From Sanchytrium tribonematis (Eukaryota), in contig JADGIG010000037.1 of assembly GCA_018985235.1 (NCBI GenBank), positions 1 to 35,257 of the forward strand: a DNA stretch of 35,257 bases, written 5' to 3'. Below are positions 27,543 through 35,257 of the stretch, piece after piece. The position numbers and the translations under genes were made by a program. The notes beneath the pieces are model-generated. The model did not search any database. It worked only from the letters and a program-made list of their open reading frames with translations, and was not told the DNA's origin. Numbering within the stretch: position 1 is the first letter of the stretch; every line of letters begins with the position of its first letter.

Positions 27543-30500
27543 ATGGAAATATTAACAAGCCAATTGAAATCATTAAAATATAGCAATCAAATAAACATAT
27601 ACATTGATAAAATGGAAAGGCTAAATGGCGATGAAAAGCTAGAGGAAGACATCGGTAGATTTGATGAAGATTGGATCAGGAAAGAATTGATGTCTGATGT
27701 AGAGGCAGATGCAAGCTTGGAAAGAAAACTCTTGGCATATTCAAAGCTTTTGAAAACCTGCGAGCAAATCAAAGGTAGTATAAATGATATGGAATTATTG
27801 AAAGTCTGCAACAGTAAAGAAATGACAGCTAGACATGGAATTCTTATTATTCAGCTTCTTATTCCTTATTTAAATTATTTGGAACTTTACCCTGACAAAT
27901 CTCCGAAACTTATTTCCAGTTATTACGAGGTTCTTCACCAAGGCTGGGCTACATCGCGATTTTTCTCAAAAGACGAAATATACGTAGGCCTTATTATAAA
28001 TCTAAGAAATGTGATCGCACCTAGACTGCTATTGGTATCTAAAGATATTTACCAAAATCCCAAGGCAAGTCTGAATTTAATAGATTCAATCTTGTGTTCT
28101 TTAAAGACATACAAATCAGCATATTTGGAAGTTCGCGAAAATATAGAGAAAAACGGCAAAATAATAAGATGGGAATTCGATCAGAGCTTGCTCTTTGAGT
28201 ATTCCAGTTATTGTCAAGATATTTTAAGTGATATCAAGCATATTTTAGTTGTCCTAGAACGAATAGAAGCGACATTGGATTCTGAAATGAAGTCATTTAC
28301 TGGTGAAGCCTTGTCCATTGACGAACTTCTTAAAAAATCCTTCAAGATAGCGTCTGCATTTGAACAAGTGGCATTTGACATATGGGACAAGAAAAATAAA
28401 AACACCTGGAAATTAATGGTGAGAAGATTTGACGACAATTTGATTCATATTGAAGAAATGATTGTCCAATTCATTTCAAATTGCATCCGAAAAACAAGTT
28501 CAAGTTTTGAGACTCTTCAAATTTTAGAGAGTTGTGCAAAATTCAATTCTTTGGAGTCTGTTAAAAGATTGGCCAATGAAGGTTTGAAACATCTCATTTC
28601 CGATTTTCATATAGAAGTTTGTGATGCACACGTCAAGTTCGGAAAATTGTTGAATCAAGAGAAAAAATTGTGCTCCTTTGACGAAATTTTTAAGCTTAAA
28701 AAAGATTACGATACATACAAGAAAGTTATGGTAGTTTTAAGAGGCAATAAAGCTATTGAATCGGCTGAAGGTAAAATTTTATTCGACAAGTACATCAATT
28801 TTTCAGTGGTCATTAAAAAGATTCATGACAATGGTTGTGTTCTATTTCATCAAAACGCAATTGAGCAGTTTAAATCATTATTGTCCTGGAAAATTTTAAA
28901 TGAACAGAGTGATGGACAATTAGGTGTCAATTTTCCATTTGCTCTTTTTGATCTTGTCAAACAGATCAAACAATTCGAGACATTTATTACGGATCTTCCT
29001 TTGGATTTACGGGTTATCGAACCACAAGTTCTCCAAGTTTCTCAAAAGTACCAGAAGCTATTTGCTACAATACAAAAGCTCAACAAGCTAAAAGCCGGTT
29101 TTCAATTTACTGATTCATGGCTGGCAAATGACCAGATTAAAAATATGGATTTGGTGTGTAATACAGGTCTTTTGCGAATGACATGGTGCTCGCTTTCTAT
29201 CGAGACTTATTGCGAAACTCTTGAACGAGAAATAGTATCTGTGGCTAGTAAACTTTCTCAAGCTAGAAAAACCTTACACATGATAGATAAAAAGATGTCG
29301 AGCTTAAAAAAAATCATTGAAGAAGTAAGTGGTTTGTGCGTATACGCAATTTTTGATGAAGTGCCATTGAAATTCAAACTAATCTCAAAAAGATTTCTTG
29401 ATTGCACTTTGACTACTCAAAAAGATTTATCGAGTATTTTGAGTAGCATTCCAAAAGTATTTTTAAAATCTGAAAAGGACCCGCTTTACATTCAGCTATG
29501 CATTGAGATTGAAAAGAAATTTTATTTGTCGGTGGAATCAATTTTGGCTAAATTTTTTACCAAAATTGCGTCTGATATTAAGTTGAAGAGTCGAATTCCT
29601 ATCAAATTATCTCTTAACGCCAAGGGTCATGTAACAACCAATCCTGCCTCAGCTGTTATTAAAAAACAATTTGATGCGCTTCCAACTTTGATTTTGTCAA
29701 ATATGGAAAAAGTTTTGAGATGGAAAAAAGGCTCATGCATGGTTGTTCCAAAGAATTTAAATGAGTTTTACAATTTTAAATCTTCTCTTTCTTGCAGTCG
29801 GGTATTTAAAAAAACTTTGTCTAAATACTATAAAACTATTGGAGAAATAATTCAAGCCACAATTACAGACGTGGAAGTATTGCTAACATTTCAGCATCTA
29901 TGGAAGATTGATGTTGATAGTATAAAAACTGGGAATTTGGAGTTTTCTGAAATGGCTGTTTTCATTTCAAATCTTTATGACTACCACTTTAATTTGCTTG
30001 ATAATATGGCTTTGTTGGAATTAGAAAATAGAGTCTTGAGTCTGGGAGTTGACGAATTTAAAAGTTTGTGTAAGATTAATTCGAAAAAACAACTCGGGGA
30101 AGTAGCCTCTTATTTAATTGGCAAAATAATAAGCAGTATCAAAGAAAATTTTGTGAAATTAGAGGCTCTTGGGTCAGTTGAAATTCGAGACGTAGATATT
30201 CTTGAAGACTTCAAAAGCTATTTTAAAATTATTCAATATTGTAATACAGTGGATCAAAACAAATGCAATATATACTTTTTGAGTGAAGTTTGCTCTATTT
30301 CGACTTTATTCATGGATAGCAGCTCATTTCAGTCATCAGCAAGTGAATATTCATGTCTATTAGACACAAAATTGAAGCAGATTGACAGATATTTTCCATT
30401 AGCAAATTTGCTTCAAACACTAAAATTGAGATTAGAGAAAGAATTTTTAAAACTAGAAAAAATTGCAGAATCTGTCCTGGAAAAGCATCAAACGATGCTG

Positions 30501-33500
30501 GTTTCAGCTTCTAGTTATCAAGAAGCTTTAAAAATTTATCAAATGTTTGAGAAAGAATTTAGCTTCATGATCGAGAATTTGCGGAAACTCCAAAAGATAG
30601 GCGACGGTGTCTCTTTAGAATTGTCTTTCAAATTTCCACAAAGCAAAATTGCCCCGAAAGACGAACTGGTTCAATTTTTGTTGAGTTTTTCAAACTTTGT
30701 TAATCGAGTTGATTCCTTAATTTTTTCAAATTTTCAATCTATATTTCTGCAAGAGTGTCAGGAATTTGAGATTTGTAGCATCAAATTGTTTAACAAATTT
30801 GGATTCAAATTTATTCAAAACTTAATAGTTGAAATCCATACTTATATTAAATACCTAGAAATATTTGAAGCTTTGCAGAATGCACGTTTTGAAATGAGAC
30901 ATATAAAAAAAATATCGAGGGCTGTTCAGGTAAATGATATCTCAGAACTTCATTTATTAGGTATTATGTCAATCGACCCAGGCTTAATAATCGGTGCTAT
31001 TCACTCAGAGAAAATTTGGCATGCTAAGGAGAAAGACATTGAGGAGAAGTATTTAAAAATGGCTTTCACAATCTCCAATATTTCTGTCAAAAAAGTCCGA
31101 TCGAAAATATTCTCTGTCGCTGTAGGTAATGCTGCAGAAATAAAACAAGTTTTTGAGGAAATTGCGACAGAATTAGCAATGTTGCTTTCCTTGGATCAAA
31201 GTGAGTTTATAAGAGCAGAGGTGATAGCTGACAATGAAGAAATTTCCTTTGTTTCTGAGTTCGTTCAATACATTGATGACATTCAGTCTGAGATCGAATC
31301 AATATACACAATAATACAAAATTTAATTAAAAGTGAAGAAAAATTTCAGGAAACTATGACCCTTCAAAGCTGTTTATACAGAATCGTAGAAAAATTAGAC
31401 GATTACGAGTCTTTGTTTTTAATGTCAAAAAATGATAGGTTAGAGGTTTTGAATCTCAAAAAAAAAGTATTTTATCTCAAAACTCAGGTATTCACGGACT
31501 TAGACCAGTTTAGAAACACCTTCCCAAGATTCTGGTTACTTTCGAATGACGAATTAATTAGAGTTTTATCGTTTTCATTTAAAAAGGACTGGTTTGATAC
31601 GTTTAGGCGTATTTTTAATGGGGTCGAAAAATTTGAATATAAATTAGAAGGTACTAATATATTTATTACATCGTTAATTAATCAAAATAACGAAGAATTG
31701 AAGATCCCTTTTGAAGTTGCCCTTACCTACTCCAATCTAAATTGTTTTTCTAGTCTCATTCTTGCTATGAGAATTGGATTGCGAGATCAAATTTTAAGCG
31801 CCGTTAATCTCCTTCAATCTGGATCTGTGGAGGAATTGTTCGCGCAGAGTAGCTCCGCTCTCACTGTTGCTCTGAGGTTTTGTTCATCCAAAGATTACCT
31901 CAGACCTCTCTCAGATATTTTGCTTAAGCAATTATTAACTCGGAAGGAAGCTTTTACTATAAAAAAATTAGAGAAGATGCATATTGATGTTTCTAATGCA
32001 AAAGAACTTTCTAATTTGTTCGAAGTTGAATCCGTAGACAAAAAACTAATTATACGGTTCACAGACTGCGAGCTTGAGCACGGTCTGGAGTTCAAGACAT
32101 GCTCTAGAATATACTGTCATACTCCGCAGACTGTGAAGCTTTTTTCAAACTACTTTGTAGACAGAGTGAAAAAAAAGTGGACTTATGTCCTTGGCTTAAG
32201 TGGATCTGGTAAAACCGAAGGAATTCAAGAGTTTTCAGATTATTGTGGGTACTTTTGCTATGAAGTAAATTGTGGAGATGTTTTAAGCGGACAGTCTCTC
32301 AAAAATATTTTAAAAGGATCAGAATTTTCCAATTCTTCTTATTGGGTAAATTTGAGCGAAATTAATCGGCTCTCTCAAAATGTACTAATTCAGCTTTCGG
32401 AATCAATTCTGAGTTTCAAAGTAGGAAACGGATCCAATGTGTTTGTTAGTCTGAATCCTTATTCTCAATCTAGAAATGTTATTCCAGAAAGTGTTAAATT
32501 CCAATTTCACCAAATAATTTTAGAAAAACCTCCAGTCGTGGAAATTTATTTCAAAATGTTAAATGCACCAGTGTTTAAATCAAAAGACCACTCGTCCGCT
32601 ACCTTGCTTTTGCAAAATTCCAATTATTTAGACTCTTTTCATACGCGTGACACTTATCCTGGTATATTTTTAAAGTTATTTCAAATGTATATGGATAATC
32701 CCAATAACGGAATTCCAGCCATGCAAACTTTCGTTCACTCTGACAAAGCCAAAGTTATTTATTTAGAACCTTCAAGAATTCAATCCAAGCTTGACAATAT
32801 GATTCAATTTCTAGAACGATTTCATTCGCTAGTCTTGGTTGGTTCATATGATGACGCATTCAGCAAATATATTAATGACATAACGTCTTTTTACAAACAG
32901 CATGGCGATGTGAAATGCCAAATTTTGAATCCAAATATCAATGATTCTTTCGAGAATTTTGGCTCAAATGACGAGTACGATGTTTTTACGTCCGGTGTTA
33001 TAACCACTTGTCTTGAATTTGGCTGCAAATTTAATGGGACCTATTTGCTTATATTGGATGGCGAGTTACACTCGGAATGGTCAGAAAATTTAAATTCTGT
33101 TTTAGATGACTGCAGGTCACTTATTTTTCCAGACGGAAGAAAACTGCAAATCAGCGAAAACGTCAAAATTATATTTTGTACCTCAAGCTTGAAAATGGTC
33201 TCCCCAAGTGTCACCAGGCGTTCTACTGTAGTTTTTGTAGACCCCGAAATTGTCGATGACTTTTGGATTGTTAATTACCGGCGCCTGAGGTCTGATCACA
33301 AATTCTTTGATTCTGACATATCCTTGAGCGCCATAGTTCATTTTTATAGCAAGCTTAATTTCCAAAATTTAGCCTCAAAATACTACTCTTTCTGGTCATT
33401 TACCATGTTCGATACATATTCCGAATTCGAAAGTTACTTTGACATGGAATTAAGTTCAGATTTTGAAGAAATACAGAAATCAATTCAGACCGACATAGTA

Positions 33501-35257
33501 TTTGACCCACCTGGGAATGAGTTTAAAAACTCGGATCATGTAATTAAAATCTATCCTAGTACTTCCGTTAATGATATCATTGAAACGCTAAGACCACATA
33601 TTGTTTCTATCGGTCGAGATATTTGGCAGACTCATAAACTGGGTGGAATTTCCTTAAAATTGGCTGACATAAATCATTCTCAGGATGTTTCTCTTTTTTC
33701 ATTCATACGGTCTTATAAGAAGTATAATACAATTTGGAATAAAAATGATAATGAATGGTTAGAAAAGCGTGTCAGTAGACTGGATCTAATGTGCTCTTTC
33801 AGTGTATTGAGCGATTTAAATCCAGAATTTCGTCGACTTTTAAGAAGTGAAATATTTGTCAAAAATCAAAATTTTCTAACTTCCCGCCAAAGCCGATTTT
33901 ATTATGGATATGGTACGCTACCCGACTTTGAGGATTGTGTTGATTGTTTTGATTATGTTAGTCAACAAGGAATAATATTCGACTTCTCAAGGGATCGTGA
34001 TTTCATTCTTAACCAAAAGCGGTTTGTATTTGATGTTTTGACCAGAAAAAGGCAACCAATTACGAATCCAAATTTAAACTATTGTATTTTGATAGGAAGA
34101 ACTAAATCAGATTTAATGCTACTGAAGGAGGTTTTCGGAGCAGATACCTTTAAAAATTATATTGAGTCGATTGAAGTTTTATCAGACGTCCGACAGGAGA
34201 TTATTTTTGTTAAAGACCATTTGAACGAGATGCAGTTTCAAGAGTATGTTTCGATGTTGACATTAAAATGCGATATGCTTGCATTTGTAAAGCCTCTGTA
34301 CTTTGGTTGCAAAAGCTTTTTTGTTGACATATTCGGTAAGGAAACTGCCTCATTGGCCAATATTTTGGAGAAAATTAGGACGCTTGTAAGAAACGTTGAA
34401 TCTAGAGAAAATTGGCTTGCTCAGCAACAGCGACAAGCCCGTTTAGAATCTGAGAATCTTACAAATTTAAGACTCGACATTGGTCAAAAAACAAAGTTTA
34501 TTGATGACAAAAAGTTGATAGCATCTTTGAAAGAAAAAGAGATTAATGAAAGCAGATCCAATATTGAGAGTCAAAAACAGATTTTAGACGAATGTGTTCA
34601 AAAAAGTATGCCAGTTTTGCAGTCTGCAAAGCGGGCTCTATCTAATATTAGCTCATCGGATATCACGGAACTGAGATCTTTTAGCAAACCCCCCTTAGAT
34701 GTCCAAAGAGTGGTCGAATGTATTACAGTTTTATTAAAAAAGGATGATTCATCGTGGAAAGCAGCAAAGTCAATGATGTCGAATGCAGATTTTCGAAATA
34801 ATTTGATGAATTTAGATTTTGATTCACTCACTCATCATCAGATTCATAGCATTGAAAAGATCATGAAATCCTCTGAATTAAGTCCAGAAAAAATGAAAAA
34901 GACCTCTTCAGCTGGGCACGCTTTGTTGGAGTATGTAATTAGCATTCTGCAATATCATTACATCATGACTGATATGAAACCCAAAATTAAACAAGTCGAT
35001 GAATATGACAAGCAATTAGCAAAACTCATTGAGAGCAAAGAGCAAGTTCTCTTCGATATTGAAGATTTGGAGCAAGACATTTTGAACTTAAAATTGCAGC
35101 TTTTATCTTTGGAAAAAAGTCTTTTGATTGTTGACAAGAATATTGGTCTTTGGCTAGAAATTGAAAATAAGCTGAATTTCTTAAGATGTCAATTTGATAT
35201 GATAACAAAATTGTGTAATGCCAAAATATCTATATTTGATAGAATCTTGCTTTCAGT
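27543..35257 (+). CDS. DNAH10: Highly divergent axonemal dynein heavy chain, DNAH10 (inner-arm I1/f alpha)-like; more than 2570 aa, runs off the window
   Basis: Same frame from ATG 27543 to the window end; no + strand fragments appear in the ORF track, consistent with an unbroken frame. Motifs RWEFDQSLLFE, LRWKKGSCM, FPRFWLLSNDELIRVL, AAA1 GLSGSGKTE, LDGELHSEWSENLNSVLDD, and MTBD ITELRSFSKPP.VQ.V.ECI...WKAAK.MMS...F..NLM.LDFDS. Confidence 0.8.
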   Translation, partial: MEILTSQLKSLKYSNQINIYIDKMERLNGDEKLEEDIGRFDEDWIRKELMSDVEADASLERKLLAYSKLLKTCEQIKGSINDMELLKVCNSKEMTARHGILIIQLLIPYLNYLELYPDKSPKLISSYYEVLHQGWATSRFFSKDEIYVGLIINLRNVIAPRLLLVSKDIYQNPKASLNLIDSILCSLKTYKSAYLEVRENIEKNGKIIRWEFDQSLLFEYSSYCQDILSDIKHILVVLERIEATLDSEMKSFTGEALSIDELLKKSFKIASAFEQVAFDIWDKKNKNTWKLMVRRFDDNLIHIEEMIVQFISNCIRKTSSSFETLQILESCAKFNSLESVKRLANEGLKHLISDFHIEVCDAHVKFGKLLNQEKKLCSFDEIFKLKKDYDTYKKVMVVLRGNKAIESAEGKILFDKYINFSVVIKKIHDNGCVLFHQNAIEQFKSLLSWKILNEQSDGQLGVNFPFALFDLVKQIKQFETFITDLPLDLRVIEPQVLQVSQKYQKLFATIQKLNKLKAGFQFTDSWLANDQIKNMDLVCNTGLLRMTWCSLSIETYCETLEREIVSVASKLSQARKTLHMIDKKMSSLKKIIEEVSGLCVYAIFDEVPLKFKLISKRFLDCTLTTQKDLSSILSSIPKVFLKSEKDPLYIQLCIEIEKKFYLSVESILAKFFTKIASDIKLKSRIPIKLSLNAKGHVTTNPASAVIKKQFDALPTLILSNMEKVLRWKKGSCMVVPKNLNEFYNFKSSLSCSRVFKKTLSKYYKTIGEIIQATITDVEVLLTFQHLWKIDVDSIKTGNLEFSEMAVFISNLYDYHFNLLDNMALLELENRVLSLGVDEFKSLCKINSKKQLGEVASYLIGKIISSIKENFVKLEALGSVEIRDVDILEDFKSYFKIIQYCNTVDQNKCNIYFLSEVCSISTLFMDSSSFQSSASEYSCLLDTKLKQIDRYFPLANLLQTLKLRLEKEFLKLEKIAESVLEKHQTMLVSASSYQEALKIYQMFEKEFSFMIENLRKLQKIGDGVSLELSFKFPQSKIAPKDELVQFLLSFSNFVNRVDSLIFSNFQSIFLQECQEFEICSIKLFNKFGFKFIQNLIVEIHTYIKYLEIFEALQNARFEMRHIKKISRAVQVNDISELHLLGIMSIDPGLIIGAIHSEKIWHAKEKDIEEKYLKMAFTISNISVKKVRSKIFSVAVGNAAEIKQVFEEIATELAMLLSLDQSEFIRAEVIADNEEISFVSEFVQYIDDIQSEIESIYTIIQNLIKSEEKFQETMTLQSCLYRIVEKLDDYESLFLMSKNDRLEVLNLKKKVFYLKTQVFTDLDQFRNTFPRFWLLSNDELIRVLSFSFKKDWFDTFRRIFNGVEKFEYKLEGTNIFITSLINQNNEELKIPFEVALTYSNLNCFSSLILAMRIGLRDQILSAVNLLQSGSVEELFAQSSSALTVALRFCSSKDYLRPLSDILLKQLLTRKEAFTIKKLEKMHIDVSNAKELSNLFEVESVDKKLIIRFTDCELEHGLEFKTCSRIYCHTPQTVKLFSNYFVDRVKKKWTYVLGLSGSGKTEGIQEFSDYCGYFCYEVNCGDVLSGQSLKNILKGSEFSNSSYWVNLSEINRLSQNVLIQLSESILSFKVGNGSNVFVSLNPYSQSRNVIPESVKFQFHQIILEKPPVVEIYFKMLNAPVFKSKDHSSATLLLQNSNYLDSFHTRDTYPGIFLKLFQMYMDNPNNGIPAMQTFVHSDKAKVIYLEPSRIQSKLDNMIQFLERFHSLVLVGSYDDAFSKYINDITSFYKQHGDVKCQILNPNINDSFENFGSNDEYDVFTSGVITTCLEFGCKFNGTYLLILDGELHSEWSENLNSVLDDCRSLIFPDGRKLQISENVKIIFCTSSLKMVSPSVTRRSTVVFVDPEIVDDFWIVNYRRLRSDHKFFDSDISLSAIVHFYSKLNFQNLASKYYSFWSFTMFDTYSEFESYFDMELSSDFEEIQKSIQTDIVFDPPGNEFKNSDHVIKIYPSTSVNDIIETLRPHIVSIGRDIWQTHKLGGISLKLADINHSQDVSLFSFIRSYKKYNTIWNKNDNEWLEKRVSRLDLMCSFSVLSDLNPEFRRLLRSEIFVKNQNFLTSRQSRFYYGYGTLPDFEDCVDCFDYVSQQGIIFDFSRDRDFILNQKRFVFDVLTRKRQPITNPNLNYCILIGRTKSDLMLLKEVFGADTFKNYIESIEVLSDVRQEIIFVKDHLNEMQFQEYVSMLTLKCDMLAFVKPLYFGCKSFFVDIFGKETASLANILEKIRTLVRNVESRENWLAQQQRQARLESENLTNLRLDIGQKTKFIDDKKLIASLKEKEINESRSNIESQKQILDECVQKSMPVLQSAKRALSNISSSDITELRSFSKPPLDVQRVVECITVLLKKDDSSWKAAKSMMSNADFRNNLMNLDFDSLTHHQIHSIEKIMKSSELSPEKMKKTSSAGHALLEYVISILQYHYIMTDMKPKIKQVDEYDKQLAKLIESKEQVLFDIEDLEQDILNLKLQLLSLEKSLLIVDKNIGLWLEIENKLNFLRCQFDMITKLCNAKISIFDRILLS

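Noticed and set aside
338..35208. Short antisense or alternate-frame ORFs in the track (for example 338-550, 1619-1858, 6945-7229, 15618-16124, 23455-23979 and the minus-strand ORFs from 27587 on)
   Set aside because: They are shadows of well-supported genes on the other strand or frame and have no recognisable motifs.
1..35257. Alternative genetic code (TAA/TAG read as Gln, as in some aphelids and ciliates)
   Set aside because: Conserved genes end at TAA, TAG or TGA at the expected positions, with no in-frame stops inside exons.
1..35257. Mobile elements, CRISPR arrays, tRNA or rRNA genes
   Set aside because: I saw no transposase or reverse transcriptase ORFs, terminal repeats, repeat-spacer arrays or cloverleaf sequences by eye.

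Overview
A gene-dense, AT-rich eukaryotic nuclear segment using the standard genetic code, with about 30 tightly packed protein genes and intergenic gaps mostly 15-280 bp. Mdm12 (ERMES), a PacC/Rim101-type zinc finger, a Spo12-like peptide and the Dph6-RidA fusion point to a fungus or other holomycotan. PLK4, NPHP4 and an axonemal dynein show it has a centriole and cilium, so an early-diverging zoosporic lineage with a reduced genome is likely (inference). The main discovery is the splicing system: all seven ORF breaks in conserved genes are repaired by GT-AG introns of exactly 19 nt with consensus GTA-N-T-W...T-N-A-Y-N-TAG and an invariant A at -6. A 117-nt intron with the same 3' architecture hosts a U15/snR13-like box C/D snoRNA. 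Other highlights: a degenerate DNAH10-like dynein heavy chain missed by the ORF track, an intron-split NPHP4, miniaturised PLK4, SPF27-like and PacC-like proteins, a recurring CTCCT(T)/AGGAG plus TGACA motif next to start codons, and head-to-head genes 15-37 bp apart. All family assignments come from recognising motifs by eye, not from database searches.
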